The notes under the pieces: generated by a model
Told to the model about the DNA's origin: nothing
Databases searched by the model: none
Seen by the model: only the letters and a program-made list of their open reading frames with translations
DNA from: Thermoanaerobaculia bacterium
Lineage (GTDB): Bacteria; Acidobacteriota; Thermoanaerobaculia; Gp7-AA8
DNA length: 64,000 bases
Reading direction: 5' to 3'
NCBI GenBank assembly: GCA_036399015.1
Contig: DASWNW010000038.1
Span: forward strand, 37,239 to 101,238
Made by a program: the position numbers and the translations under genes
In this document: one piece after another, positions 1-10,307 of the stretch
Numbering within the stretch: position 1 is the stretch's first letter
Layout of the letters: every line of letters starts with the position of its first letter

Positions 1-1827
1 ATGCGCGACGTGCCGGCGCCACCGGGAGCGAACGAGGTGCTCTCGCTCACCACGCCGCAGGAGTTGCGCGCCTGCGTACGCGTCGCGCCGGCGGAGCGGC
101 GGTTCGCCGCCGCGGTGCTCGGCGTGCAGGAGCTGCTCGGGCGCAGCGGCGTCTCCGACCTCGGCAACGACTACGACTATCGCCTTCTCGCCGCCGACGC
201 CGCCTCGGGACGCGCCGTCGTCATCGCGCGGTCGTCGCCGCTGGAGCTCGCCGATCCGGTGCGCTCGTCGTTCGCGGTGCCGCAGGGACAATGGACGCTC
301 GAGGTGGTCCGCCGCGCCGGCTGGCGCATGCGCGGCGAGCGGACGCGCGAGCTCGCGCTCGTGCTGATCGGCAGCCTCCTCTTCGCCCTCTTCGTCTACG
401 ACCTGCTGCGGCGCCCGTACGTGCTCGAGCGGGAGGTCGAGCTGCGGACGCGGAAAATCGCGGAGACGAACCGCCGCCTCACCGCCGAGATCGAACAGCG
501 CGAGCGCGCCGAGGAGCAGGTGGTGCACGAGGCGACGCACGACCGCCTCACCGCGCTGCCGAATCGCGTCTACCTCCGCGACCGCATCACCCGTGCGCTC
601 TCCCGCGCGCGCGGCTCCGACCCGGTCGGCTTCGGCGTTCTGGTCATCGACCTCGATCGCTTCACCGACGTCAACGACGCCCTCGGCCACTCGGTCGGCG
701 ACGAGCTGCTGACGCTCGCCGGACGGCGGCTGCAGAGCTGCATCCGCTTCGGCGACGTGCTGGCGCGTGTCGGAGGCGACGAGTTTGCGATCCTCGCGCT
801 GGCCGGCGACCCCACCGACATCACCAGCGTCGCCCGCCGCGCGCACGAGGCGCTCGAGGTGCCGTTCGACGTCGGCGGGCACCGCGTACAGCTCTCGGGC
901 AGCATCGGCATCGCTCTCAGCGCGACCGGCTACACCGCGGCCGACGAGCTGCTGCGCGACTCCTACCTCGCGGTGCATCGCGCGCGGCAGCAGGGCGGCG
1001 CGTCACACGTGCTCTTTGATCCCAAGATGCACGAGCAGGCGGCGGCCGCGCAGCAGATCGAGACGGAGCTGCGCGCCGCGCTCTCGTCCGGCGAGTTGCG
1101 CACCTACTTCCAGCCGATCGTCTCGCTGCAGACGGGGCGCATCACCGGCTTCGAGGCGCTGGTGCGCTGGATTCATCCGAAGCGCGGGTTCGTCTCGCCG
1201 GCGGCGTTCATCCCGGTCGCGGTCACCAGCGGCCTGATCGTGCCGCTCGACCAGTGGATGATGCGAGAGGCCGCGCGGCAGGTGCACGAGTGGAACAGCC
1301 GCATGCAGCTCGAGCCGCCGTTGACCATCAGCGTCAACGTCTCGGGCAGGCGTCTCGGGCAGAAGGAGCTGATCGACGACGTCACCTCAACGCTCCGCGA
1401 CACCGGCATCGACACCCGCTCGCTGCGTCTGGAGATCACCGAGGGGGAGATGATGGAGCGGCCGGACGAGGTGCTCTCCATCCTCACGGAGCTGAAGCGG
1501 ATGAACATCACCCTGCTCGTAGACGACTTCGGCACCGGCTATTCGTCCCTCAGCTACCTGCACAGCTTCCCGATCGACATCGTGAAGATCGACCAGTCGT
1601 TTGTCCGCCGCATGCTCGAAAGCGCGAAGGACGAGGAGATCGTCCGCGCCGTGATCAACCTCAGCGCAACGCTCGGCCTGAAGGTCATCGCGGAGGGGAT
1701 CGAGACCGCCGATCACCTGGCCCGCCTCCGCGAGCTCGGCTGCGACTACGGCCAGGGCTACCTCTTCTCCAAGCCGGTCGACGCCGCCGCGATCGAGGCG
1801 CTGCTGGCGGCTGGAAAGGTGTGGTGA
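1..1827 (+). CDS. GGDEF-EAL diguanylate cyclase/phosphodiesterase with N-terminal sensor region and TM helix (possibly 5' partial at window edge)
   Basis: Motifs RVGGDEFAIL (GGDEF) and FEALVRW plus DDFGTGYSSL (EAL). Hydrophobic helix LALVLIGSLLFALFVY. The ORF begins at base 1. Confidence 0.9.
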   Translation: MRDVPAPPGANEVLSLTTPQELRACVRVAPAERRFAAAVLGVQELLGRSGVSDLGNDYDYRLLAADAASGRAVVIARSSPLELADPVRSSFAVPQGQWTLEVVRRAGWRMRGERTRELALVLIGSLLFALFVYDLLRRPYVLEREVELRTRKIAETNRRLTAEIEQRERAEEQVVHEATHDRLTALPNRVYLRDRITRALSRARGSDPVGFGVLVIDLDRFTDVNDALGHSVGDELLTLAGRRLQSCIRFGDVLARVGGDEFAILALAGDPTDITSVARRAHEALEVPFDVGGHRVQLSGSIGIALSATGYTAADELLRDSYLAVHRARQQGGASHVLFDPKMHEQAAAAQQIETELRAALSSGELRTYFQPIVSLQTGRITGFEALVRWIHPKRGFVSPAAFIPVAVTSGLIVPLDQWMMREAARQVHEWNSRMQLEPPLTISVNVSGRRLGQKELIDDVTSTLRDTGIDTRSLRLEITEGEMMERPDEVLSILTELKRMNITLLVDDFGTGYSSLSYLHSFPIDIVKIDQSFVRRMLESAKDEEIVRAVINLSATLGLKVIAEGIETADHLARLRELGCDYGQGYLFSKPVDAAAIEALLAAGKVW

Positions 1828-1845
1828 CGGCAACGGCGAAGAAGC

Positions 1846-1921
1846 TGGCTGTGGCGGGAGGGCTCGAACCTCCGACCACCGGATTAACAATCCGGCGCTC
1901 TACCAACTGAGCTACACCACA
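1846..1921 (-). tRNA. tRNA-Asn (anticodon GTT), CCA encoded
   Basis: The reverse complement folds as a cloverleaf: acceptor TGTGGTG/CGCCACA, anticodon arm CCGGA-TTGTTAA-TCCGG, T-arm GGAGG-TTCGAGC-CCTCC, 3' GCCA. Confidence 0.9.
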
Positions 1922-1991
1922 GTACGGTTGGCGGGAGGCGCATGGTCGCGCAGGTGCGCGTTATTTGTCAACGCGACGTCCGGGCGCCCGA

Positions 1992-3113
1992 TCACTTACG
2001 GACCGAGCGCCGCCGCCCCACCTCGGGCGCGACCGTGAACGGGCTGCTCACCCAAGAGCCGCACTCGTTCTCGGCTTCGAGCACGTACGTGGAGGGATGC
2101 GTCACCGGGGGCGTGGTGATGGACGTCGCCGGCGCGGGCGCCGTCGCGTAGACGGTGCCGGTCACGGGATTCGGGTCGGTGAGCTTCACCGTATACCCGC
2201 CGACGGCGTTCACGGTGAACGGGATCGTGACGCTCGTGCCGCGATCGACGGTCATCGACGACGGCGGCGCGGAGACGAGGTACGGCCAGGTGCAGCCGGA
2301 ACCCTCGCAGTTCAGCGTCACGTCGATATCTCCACCCTCACCGTCTTCCACGCTCGTGGTGAGGAAGTAGTGCCAGCCCGTCTCACGAACGAGGTGGCTC
2401 ATCTCCGCACGGAAACTGGTATCGCGGGTGGAGGAGCGCAGCAACTCGTTTTCGCGATACAGACCGAAGAGAGGCTCGAAGCCGAACGCGGTCATTTCGA
2501 AGCGGAGCCGGTCGCCTTGCACGGCCCAGATCCACCACCCCGCATACACGCGGTCGTCACCTTGAAATTTGCAACTGTCGGCGTTCAGCGACCACGCGGC
2601 GCTTTGCCCGCAGAGGAGGTTCTGGAAGATGCAGGACTGCGGCTCCTCGGGTTCCGGAGGGTAACAATAGTAGTGAACGACATAGGAGCCGCCGGCGAAC
2701 ACGTCTTCCGAGCTGACGACGATCGTCCAGGTACCGGAGCTGCTCAGCTTGTACCAGATCGTCGCGCCGCCACTCCCGCCGGAGATGATCGGCGGCTCGG
2801 CCACGTCACCGAGCGGTGAGACGAGCGCGATCCACGGCTTCGTGTACGTCGGCGTGAGAGGGCGCACCATCACCTCGACGACATCGCCCGCGCGTCCGTT
2901 GAACGTGTACCGATCGAATCGGGAGCCGTCGTCGAACAGGCAATCGCCCGTTTCGAGCGTACCGAACGTTTCGGAATCACACGATGCGATCTGCCTCGTC
3001 GAGCAACTGCCGGCCATCGCAACCACGTTCACGTCCTTGCGGGGCGCGGCAAATCCCTGCGGTACGACCAGGAAGAGAACGGCAGCGACGAGGAGACGCT
3101 TATTGGTCGTCAT
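1992..3113 (-). CDS. secreted hypothetical protein, Cys-rich, with repeated beta-sandwich (pre-peptidase C-terminal-like) regions
   Basis: Signal peptide MTTNKRLLVAAVLFLVVPQGFAAP. No catalytic motif recognised. Ends GRRRSVRK. Confidence 0.6.
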   Translation of the reverse strand: MTTNKRLLVAAVLFLVVPQGFAAPRKDVNVVAMAGSCSTRQIASCDSETFGTLETGDCLFDDGSRFDRYTFNGRAGDVVEVMVRPLTPTYTKPWIALVSPLGDVAEPPIISGGSGGATIWYKLSSSGTWTIVVSSEDVFAGGSYVVHYYCYPPEPEEPQSCIFQNLLCGQSAAWSLNADSCKFQGDDRVYAGWWIWAVQGDRLRFEMTAFGFEPLFGLYRENELLRSSTRDTSFRAEMSHLVRETGWHYFLTTSVEDGEGGDIDVTLNCEGSGCTWPYLVSAPPSSMTVDRGTSVTIPFTVNAVGGYTVKLTDPNPVTGTVYATAPAPATSITTPPVTHPSTYVLEAENECGSWVSSPFTVAPEVGRRRSVRK

Positions 3114-3164
3114 GACGAGACTGGTGACGTGCGCGTTCCGTACCTGCCGCCGGGAGAGGGGCCG

Positions 3165-3557
3165 TCACGCCGCGTCGGGTCGCGCGCATTCCTTCGCGAT
3201 CAGCACCAGCTCTTCGATGTTGAACGGCTTGGCCAGCAGGCGGCAGATGCGCTGCAGGAACTCGCAGCTCATCCGGTTCGGGGAGGCGGTCGTCACGACG
3301 ACGCGGCGCAGCGACTTCGGCTGCGTCAGCTCGAGGTAGCCGAGCACTTCCTCACCGCCGATCCCCGGCATCATCAGGTCGACGATCAGGAGGTCGTACG
3401 CCACGGATGCGAGCAGCTCGATGGCCGCGGCGCCGCTCTTCACCCCCTCGGCGGTGAAGTTCTCCCGTTCGAGCACGATCTTCACGAGTTTGAGGATGGC
3501 CCCGTCGTCTTCCACGACAAGCGCCCGGTATGAAGATCGACGGTCCATGCACTCCAT
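3165..3557 (-). CDS. single-domain response regulator (receiver only)
   Basis: ALVVEDD ... LLIVDLMMPGIGG receiver signature. Lies immediately downstream of the hybrid kinase. Confidence 0.85.
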   Translation of the reverse strand: MECMDRRSSYRALVVEDDGAILKLVKIVLERENFTAEGVKSGAAAIELLASVAYDLLIVDLMMPGIGGEEVLGYLELTQPKSLRRVVVTTASPNRMSCEFLQRICRLLAKPFNIEELVLIAKECARPDAA

Positions 3558-3581
3558 CGCAGCAAGAGTGCTGCCGTGAAG

Positions 3582-6500
3582 TCAATGACGCGCCGAAAGC
3601 CGCTGCACCGACTCGGCGAGCTCGCCCGGATCTACCGGCTTCTTCAGGTACCCGTCGAAGCCGGCGTCGAGCGCGCGCAGCCGATCTTCGGGACGCCCGA
3701 ACGCCGTCAGCGCGAGGATCGGCGTCTTGCGCAGCGCGTCGGCGCGCGCCCGCACTTCGGCGAGGAAGACGTAGCCGTCCTCTTCCGGCATCGCGATGTC
3801 GCACACCACCACGTCCGGCTCGAGCTTCAGAAAGAGCTGCAGCGCCTCGCGGACGGACGATGCCGTCTGCACGGCGGCGCCCGTCCGCCGCAGGATCGCC
3901 GCGACGACGTCGCGGGTGAACTGCTGGTCGTCGATCACGAGCACCGTCACGTCGTCCAGCGGCGGGAGCGATGGGGATGCCGCCGGCACGGCGGTGCGCT
4001 GCGTGGCGGCGGGGCTGAGCACCACCGGCGCCGTTTCCATCGCCGGCAGTTCCACGGTGAACTCCGCGCCGCGGCCTTTTCCCTCGCTGGCCGCGTGGAT
4101 GCGGCCGCCGTGCAGTTCGACGAGCGACCGGACGATCGCCAGGCCGAGACCGATCCCGGCGTGCGGGCGGGTGGCGGAGCTGTCGGCCTGCCGGAACGGC
4201 TCGAAGACGTACGGGAGAAACGCGCGGTCGATTCCCTCGCCATTGTCGGAGACGATCAGACGGACGACCGAGCCGCGATGGACGACGCGGAGCGTGACCC
4301 TTCCGCCGCGCGGCGTGAACTTGATCGCGTTGGCGAGCAGGTTCCAGACGATCTGCTGGAGGCGCCCCTCGTCGCCGCACACCGGCGGCAACAGCGGCGG
4401 AATGCTCGTCAGGATCTCGATGCCCTTTGCCGCGGCGGCCGGATGAACGGTGGTGATCGCCGCCTGCGCGACCGTGCGCAGGTCGGTAGGGCGCGGATCG
4501 AACGTCAGCTTCCCCGACATGATCCGTGACACGTCCAGCACATCCTCGATGAGCTGCGCCTGCGCGCTCGCGCTCTGCTCGATCGCGTCGATGGCGACCT
4601 GCGCCTCCTCCGGGTCGAGCCCCAGCTTGAGCATGCGCGACCAGCCGAGGACTGCCGTCATCGGCGTGCGTAGCTCGTGCGAGAGCGTGGCGAGGAACTC
4701 GTCCTTCGCCCGGTTCGCCGCCTGCGCGGCGCTGTACAGCCGCGCGTTCTCGATGGCGATAGAGGCGCGATACGCGAGCTCCTCCGCCTGCGTGAGGTCC
4801 TGCGGCGAGTAGCGCCGGTGCGACGAGACGAGGGCGATCGCGCCCACCACCTCACCACGCGAGCGGAGCGGCACGACCATGAAGGACATGATCCCGAGCT
4901 CGCGGAGCATCCGCAGATGCTCCTCGCTGCGCGCGGATTGCACGAGCATCTCGTCCGGAATGAACGGCACCAGCTCCGAGATCCCCGTGCGCATCACGCG
5001 GTAGATCGTGTCGGTCTCGGGATCGGGAGGAAACTTCCGGGAGAACTCTTCCGCGAGCGCGATCTTCTCGGGATCGGAGTGCGCGATCGCCAGCCGCTCC
5101 CGCAGGTTCCCTTCCGAATCGACGATGTCGACCGTGCACCAGTCGGCGATCCGCGGCACGGCCAGGAACGTGACGTTCCGGAGCGTCTCGCGGTAGTCGA
5201 GCGACGAGGCGAAGATCTCGTTCGCCCGCGCGAGAAACGCCAGCCCCTCCTGCCCCACGTGCTGCTCGTGGACGTCGGTGGCGGTGCCGATCCACTCCTC
5301 GACCGTGCCGTCTTCGCCCGTCACCGGCACTGTCTTGTCGGCGAACCAGCGATAGGAGCCGTCGGCCTGGCGCAGCAGGTACTCGTCCTCGTACAGCGTC
5401 CCGCTGCTCACCGCCGCGTCCCACGCCGCGGTGACGCGCTCGCGGTGCGACGGATGCACCGCCTCCAGCCACCCGCGCCCGCGCATCTCCTCGGCGGTCT
5501 GGCCGGTGATCTCCTGCCACGTCGGCGAGTCGCGAAGCGATCCGTCGGCGGTGCTCATCGCGATCGCCTGCCGCGTCGGCGTGGCCAGCACGAGCGAGCG
5601 ATAGCGCCGCTCCTCTCTCCGCAGCGCGGCACGGTCGCGCGTCAGCGACTCGTAGAGGCGGACGTTGTCGATGGCGACGGCGGCGTGGCCGGCGAGCGCC
5701 TCCGCAACCTTCTCCTCCGTCTCGCCGAACACCGCTTCGTCCGCGTGCCCGAAGAAGAGACCGCCGAGAACCTCGCCCGTGCGTGACTTCACGGGGACGG
5801 CGAGGTAGCTCACCACCGGCAAATGGCCGGGCGGCATGCCGTGATACGGCGGATTCAGGCCGTAGCGGGGGTCCTTCTGGATGTTGGCGCTGCGGACGAT
5901 CGCGGAGCCGGCGAACGTCGGCTCGAAGACCGCGGTGTTCCGCGGCATCGGGAACTTCGCGAAGTGCTCGCGCGGCACGCCGGAGATCGCGTAGAGCATG
6001 TACGACTCGCCGTCAGCGCCGATGACGTTGTAGAAGAACGCGCCGAACTGCGCGCCGGTGAGCGACGTGGCCGCGTCGGTGATGCGCTGCACGACGGCGT
6101 CGAGGTCCAGCCGTGCCGCGACGTCGCGAACAACGTCGGCGAGCTGGTCGTAGCGCTCGGTGGACAGCGCGACCGAGGCCATGTCGGCGAACCCTGCCGC
6201 GGCGTCGAGCTCCAGCTCGCTCAGCGCGGCGACCGGTGTGCGGAAGTAGCAGGCGATCGTGCCGGCGGTCTCGCCGCGGATGTTCAGCGGCAGGACCAGC
6301 ATCGAGGCGATCCCCTCGCTGTCATACAGCGCGCGCCGCGCGTCGACGGCGGGCCAGGCGCGGACGTCGGGAACGAACACCGGCGCGGGAAGCATGACCG
6401 CGACGTCCGCCGCGGCGGGTGCGGGGATGGTGACGGCCGGGTATTCGGCAGAGAGGCCGGCCGCCGCCGCGATGCGCCACGTGTGCTCCCGCGACTCCAG

Positions 6501-6698
6501 GCGCCAGAGGGCGACGGCGTCGGCTCCGAAGAAGCGCATCGCCAGCTCGACGAGGCGGCCGCGCAGCTCTTTGCCGGCGATGTTCGCGCGCGTCAGCGCG
6601 GAGAGGTCACGGAGGCCGCGCACGATTTCCGCCGCGAACACCTCTCCCCTCTTCCCGTTCATGGAATCGCCGACCGACATTGCTCCCGATCCATGCAA
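3582..6698 (-). CDS. hybrid sensor histidine kinase (GAF-PAS-GAF, HisKA, HATPase, C-terminal receiver)
   Basis: H-box [12 protein letters not shown], ATPase boxes [10 protein letters not shown] / DNGEGI / GIGLGLAIV, receiver VLVIDDQ...[12 protein letters not shown]. Exact start uncertain. Confidence 0.9.
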   Translation of the reverse strand: MHGSGAMSVGDSMNGKRGEVFAAEIVRGLRDLSALTRANIAGKELRGRLVELAMRFFGADAVALWRLESREHTWRIAAAAGLSAEYPAVTIPAPAAADVAVMLPAPVFVPDVRAWPAVDARRALYDSEGIASMLVLPLNIRGETAGTIACYFRTPVAALSELELDAAAGFADMASVALSTERYDQLADVVRDVAARLDLDAVVQRITDAATSLTGAQFGAFFYNVIGADGESYMLYAISGVPREHFAKFPMPRNTAVFEPTFAGSAIVRSANIQKDPRYGLNPPYHGMPPGHLPVVSYLAVPVKSRTGEVLGGLFFGHADEAVFGETEEKVAEALAGHAAVAIDNVRLYESLTRDRAALRREERRYRSLVLATPTRQAIAMSTADGSLRDSPTWQEITGQTAEEMRGRGWLEAVHPSHRERVTAAWDAAVSSGTLYEDEYLLRQADGSYRWFADKTVPVTGEDGTVEEWIGTATDVHEQHVGQEGLAFLARANEIFASSLDYRETLRNVTFLAVPRIADWCTVDIVDSEGNLRERLAIAHSDPEKIALAEEFSRKFPPDPETDTIYRVMRTGISELVPFIPDEMLVQSARSEEHLRMLRELGIMSFMVVPLRSRGEVVGAIALVSSHRRYSPQDLTQAEELAYRASIAIENARLYSAAQAANRAKDEFLATLSHELRTPMTAVLGWSRMLKLGLDPEEAQVAIDAIEQSASAQAQLIEDVLDVSRIMSGKLTFDPRPTDLRTVAQAAITTVHPAAAAKGIEILTSIPPLLPPVCGDEGRLQQIVWNLLANAIKFTPRGGRVTLRVVHRGSVVRLIVSDNGEGIDRAFLPYVFEPFRQADSSATRPHAGIGLGLAIVRSLVELHGGRIHAASEGKGRGAEFTVELPAMETAPVVLSPAATQRTAVPAASPSLPPLDDVTVLVIDDQQFTRDVVAAILRRTGAAVQTASSVREALQLFLKLEPDVVVCDIAMPEEDGYVFLAEVRARADALRKTPILALTAFGRPEDRLRALDAGFDGYLKKPVDPGELAESVQRLSARH

Positions 6699-6767
6699 AA
6701 ACCACGGCCACGACCGCGGGCGCCTAACGTTTGAGCACGCGAAGCGTACTCAGTGACAGGAGGGTCC

Positions 6768-8168
6768 ATGCGTCAGACAGTCCTGAGGTTGCTCGTCTTT
6801 TCGATACTCGCGGCCGGCGTCGTGCAGGCGGCGGAGCCGGGCGAGCAGCGTGCGCGCGGCTGGGTCGAGGCGTTCAACAGCGGCGATGACGAGACGCTCG
6901 ACCGCTACGCCGCCGCGCACCTCACGCCCGAGGCGCTGAACCGGCGCGAGCCGGCGATCCGCCGCGCCTCCTACCGTGCGATGTTCGAGCGCCACGGCAA
7001 GCTCGAGATCGTCAGCGCCGCCGTCGACAACGGCATCCTGCTGTTGCAGGCCAAGCCGGAGCGCGGCGACCCGGTGACGGTCCGTTTCCGTATCGAGCCT
7101 TCCGCGCCTCATCGGATCGAAGGGGTGGCGATCGTCCCGCGGCGCGCGCCGGGCGCCCCGGCGCTGCCGCCTCTGACGCTGCCCGGCAAGACCTCCGGCG
7201 AGGTGAAGAAGGTTCTAGATCCCTACCTCGCGTGGCTGGCGGCGCAGGACTCGTTCGCCGGCACGGTCGCCGTCGCGAGGAACGGCGTCATCCTCTTCGA
7301 AGCGGCGTACGGTCTCGCCAGCCGCCGCTACGACGTGCCGCACAAGACCAGCACCCGCATCAACCTCGGCTCCATCACCAAGGAGCTCACGCAGGTGGCG
7401 ATCGCGCAGCTCGCCGACGCCGGCAAGCTCGACCTCGACGTGCCGATCGTCAAGTACCTGCCGCAGTACCCGAACCAGGAGGTGGCGAAGAAGGTGACGA
7501 TCCGGCAGCTCCTGACTCACACGTCGGGACTCGGCGACATCTACACGGAGCGCTTCAACGCCGTCTCGAAACTCGACTTCGACACCGTGCAGAGGTTCAT
7601 CGACTTCTTCGCGCCCGACCCGCTGCAGTTCGAGCCGGGCACGCGCGAGAAGTACTCGAACTACGGCTTCGCGGTTCTTGGCGCGGTCGTCGAGGCGGTG
7701 TCGGGCGAGAGGTACTACGACTACATCCACAAGCACGTGCTGCGCGCCGCCGGAATGGAGACCTCCGGCTTCTTCGACCTTCTGGAGATCACTCCCGACC
7801 TGGCCATGGGACACACGAAGGCGATGTCGGACGCGGGGCCGGTGTGGCTGGAGAACACACTCCTCCGCTACAACACCATCGGCTTTCCCGGCGGCGGCAG
7901 CTACTCGACGGCGCGTGAGATGGTGTTGTTCGACCGCGCGGTCCGGACGGCCAAACTGACGAGCGCGAAGTCGGCCGCCTGGATCCTGCGGCACGACGCG
8001 CGGACTGACGGTGCATTCACCGCGCTGCGGTCGGTGGCCGGCGGCTCCGTGGGGGTGAACGCGCAGCTCTCCGGCGACGGCATCTGGACCGTCGCCGTCC
8101 TCGCGAACATGGACCCGCCGATCGCGCAGGACCTCGGCGACGCGATCTTCGAGGCTCTTCGCCGCTGA
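6768..8168 (+). CDS. serine hydrolase, beta-lactamase/PBP family, secreted
   Basis: SxxK motif GSITKE and a signal peptide. ATG at 6768 is preceded by a GGAGGG Shine-Dalgarno; the track ORF starts at GTG 6753. Confidence 0.8.
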   Translation: MRQTVLRLLVFSILAAGVVQAAEPGEQRARGWVEAFNSGDDETLDRYAAAHLTPEALNRREPAIRRASYRAMFERHGKLEIVSAAVDNGILLLQAKPERGDPVTVRFRIEPSAPHRIEGVAIVPRRAPGAPALPPLTLPGKTSGEVKKVLDPYLAWLAAQDSFAGTVAVARNGVILFEAAYGLASRRYDVPHKTSTRINLGSITKELTQVAIAQLADAGKLDLDVPIVKYLPQYPNQEVAKKVTIRQLLTHTSGLGDIYTERFNAVSKLDFDTVQRFIDFFAPDPLQFEPGTREKYSNYGFAVLGAVVEAVSGERYYDYIHKHVLRAAGMETSGFFDLLEITPDLAMGHTKAMSDAGPVWLENTLLRYNTIGFPGGGSYSTAREMVLFDRAVRTAKLTSAKSAAWILRHDARTDGAFTALRSVAGGSVGVNAQLSGDGIWTVAVLANMDPPIAQDLGDAIFEALRR

Positions 8169-8180
8169 CCGCGGCGGCGA

Positions 8181-8876
8181 TCAGATTCCGCGAATGACGC
8201 GGTGGACGGCGCGCAACCGTTCCACCGCGTGCGGCATGTCGGCGTGGATACAGATCGTGTCGAAGGTGATGGGAACGCGGCTGCCGTCCCGCGCGACGAC
8301 GACGCCGTCTCTCCCGAGGAGCTCCGCCTGTGCCGCGGCTTCGTCGACCGTGAGCGTGGAGCCGGCGATCGCGCGCGGCGTGAGCGACCCGTCGGGCTCG
8401 TAGCGGCGGTCGGCGAACGCCTCGCGGATGACGCGCGTGCCGGCGTCGCGGGCCGCGGCGGCCATCTGCGACGCGTCGGGCGCGACGATGGCCATCTCCG
8501 GGTCGACGGCGCGCATCGCCTCGATGATGACGGCGGCGAGCGCGCGATTCTTGTGCGCGTCGTTGTACAGCGCGCCGTGCGGCTTGACGTGCTTCACCTT
8601 CGCGAACGCGCCGAGGGCTTGCAGTTGCGCGACGAGCGTGTCGCGCAGCGCGTCGTGCGGCATGTCGAGCGACTTGCGGCCGAAGTGCTCCCGGTCGGGA
8701 TAGGAAGGGTGCGCGCCGATGCGGACGCCGTGCTCGCGCGCCAGCCGTGCCGCTTCGCGCATCGACTGTTCGTCGCCGACGTGGCCGCCGCAGGCGACGT
8801 TGACGCTGGTGAGGAGCGGCCACAGCTCGTCCTCGCCCGGCGAGCCTTCGCCGAGATCGGCGCTGAGGTCGATCAC
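8181..8876 (-). CDS. pxpA: 5-oxoprolinase subunit A (LamB/YcsF family)
   Basis: N-terminus IDLSADLGEG...NVACGGHVGD is typical of LamB/YcsF. GTG start overlaps the MFS stop as GTGA. The 528-aa track ORF is an artefactual N-terminal extension. Confidence 0.8.
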   Translation of the reverse strand: MIDLSADLGEGSPGEDELWPLLTSVNVACGGHVGDEQSMREAARLAREHGVRIGAHPSYPDREHFGRKSLDMPHDALRDTLVAQLQALGAFAKVKHVKPHGALYNDAHKNRALAAVIIEAMRAVDPEMAIVAPDASQMAAAARDAGTRVIREAFADRRYEPDGSLTPRAIAGSTLTVDEAAAQAELLGRDGVVVARDGSRVPITFDTICIHADMPHAVERLRAVHRVIRGI

Positions 8877-10078
8877 AGCTCGGTGCCTTTCGTCTCGGGC
8901 AGGAGCCAGATGAGGATCGCGCCGAGGGCGAAGAAGAGCGCGTCGACGGCGATCGAGAAGCCGAGGCCGTGCTTCGCGGCGGCGGCGCCGATGGCGTACG
9001 GCGCGAGCGCGGAGACGAGGCGGCCGGCGTTGTAGCAGAAGCCCTGCGCGCTGGCGCGGATGCGCGTCGGGAAGAGCTCCGCGAGCATCGCCCCGAAGAG
9101 CGAGAAGTAGCCGTGCGCGAAGTAGCCGACCAGCGGCCCGACCAGCAGCAGCGTCCAGGCCGAGCGGGCGCCGAAGGCAAAGAGCGGGACGACGGCCGTC
9201 GCGCCGATCATGAACAGCGTGAAGGCGGGGCGGCGGCCGATCCGGTCGGCGATCCAGCCGAAGCTGACGTAGCCGCAGAACGCGCCGAGCTGCAGGACGA
9301 TCAGCCACGCCGCCGACTTCGTCACCGTCAGGCCGGCGCCTCCCTGCTCCACCGGCGTCGCCAGGAAGGCCGGCAGCCACGAGGTCACGCCCCAGTAGGC
9401 GACGAGGACGCTGCTCGCGACGAGCGTCGCCAGGAACGTACGCCTGCGCAGCTCGGGAGCGAAGATCTCGCTCCAGCGCGTCGTCTGCGCCCGATCGCGC
9501 GTGCGCCACACCTCCGGCTCCTCGACCGTGCGGCGGACCACGAACGCGAGCACCGCCGGCGCCGCGCCGATGAGGAAGAGCACGCGCCAGCCGAAGCGCT
9601 CCAGCACCAGCGCCGACAACGCGGCGGCGATCAGCGCGCCGATCGCCCAGCCCGACTGCATGATCCCCATCGCCTTCGCGCGATGCTTCGCCGGCCACGT
9701 CTCCGCGACGAGCACCGAGCCGCACGACCACTCCCCGCCCATTCCCAGCCCGACCAGCACGCGCCACGCGATGAGCTGTCCGAGACTCTGCGCAGTGGCC
9801 ATGCCGGCCGTCGCGCCGGAGTACAGCAGGATGCTGATCGTCATCGCGCGCACGCGGCCGATGCGGTCGGCGATGCGGCCGAAGACGATGCCGCCGATCG
9901 CGCTTGCGACGAGCGCCATGACGATCGGCAGGCTGACCTGCTCCTTCGAGAGGCCGAACTCCTTCTGGATCGGCAGCAGCGCGAAGGTGAACAGGAGAAA
10001 GTCCATGGCGTCGAGCATCCAGCCGAGCTGCGCGGCCCAGAGCGCGCGCCAGGCTTTCTTATCGACGCCGGAGAACAT
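8873..10078 (-). CDS. MFS transporter
   Basis: About 12 predicted hydrophobic helices. MFS loop motif GRIADRIGRVR and a second GWIADRIGRR. Confidence 0.85.
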   Translation of the reverse strand: MFSGVDKKAWRALWAAQLGWMLDAMDFLLFTFALLPIQKEFGLSKEQVSLPIVMALVASAIGGIVFGRIADRIGRVRAMTISILLYSGATAGMATAQSLGQLIAWRVLVGLGMGGEWSCGSVLVAETWPAKHRAKAMGIMQSGWAIGALIAAALSALVLERFGWRVLFLIGAAPAVLAFVVRRTVEEPEVWRTRDRAQTTRWSEIFAPELRRRTFLATLVASSVLVAYWGVTSWLPAFLATPVEQGGAGLTVTKSAAWLIVLQLGAFCGYVSFGWIADRIGRRPAFTLFMIGATAVVPLFAFGARSAWTLLLVGPLVGYFAHGYFSLFGAMLAELFPTRIRASAQGFCYNAGRLVSALAPYAIGAAAAKHGLGFSIAVDALFFALGAILIWLLPETKGTEL

Positions 10079-10110
10079 GTGGCGGCGATTATCGCCGCGT
10101 TATCGGTTAT

Positions 10111-10300
10111 CAGGAACCGTGCGCCGCATGCGCACGGCGTTATCTGCGCAGCCTCGCCTGAGGAGCGTCGGGTGCGGGAGCGAATTTTTCGCGACGGGCT
10201 CGCTCTCGTATGAATCGCTCCGTCAGCCGAACCTGCCCAGTCAACCCCGCGCGCCTTGGGGGCGCGCGGTTCCCGACAACTGAGAACCGCGCGCGCAGAC
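10111..10300. repeat. degenerate copy (A) of a ~230-bp inverted-repeat element, see copy B at 43483-43711
   Basis: Shares CAGGAACCGTGCGC, a ~50-nt core (GAGCGAATTTTTCGCGACGGGCTCGCTCTCGTATGAATCGCTCCGTCAGCCG) and CCCCGCGCGCCTTGGGGGCGCGCGGTTCCC with the reverse complement of copy B. Confidence 0.5.
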
Positions 10301-10307
10301 GCGCCGC

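Noticed and set aside
3352-4380. Arg/Pro-rich ORFs such as 3352..4380, 8017..9180, 9841..10995, 33598..34860, 38998..40035, 50885..53197 and 58312..60345
   Set aside because: They are frame-shifted shadows of well-supported genes on the same or the opposite strand, with no motifs and extreme Arg/Pro/Ala composition.
8181-9767. 528-aa ORF, with the same issue for 17845..19887, 45196..46251, 25466..26698, 14533..15726 and 32048..33274
   Set aside because: Only the C-terminal part matches a real family (PxpA, L21, STAS and so on). The N-terminal extensions run through the upstream gene in another frame. Internal starts with coupling overlaps or Shine-Dalgarno sequences were used instead.
10082-10126. 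GTTATCG mini-repeats and the palindrome GCGGCGAT-T-ATCGCCGC beside repeat copy A, possibly related to the heptamer hairpin at 25119-25199
   Set aside because: The similarity is limited to the short GTTATC(T)G string. It is too little to claim homology without a computed alignment.
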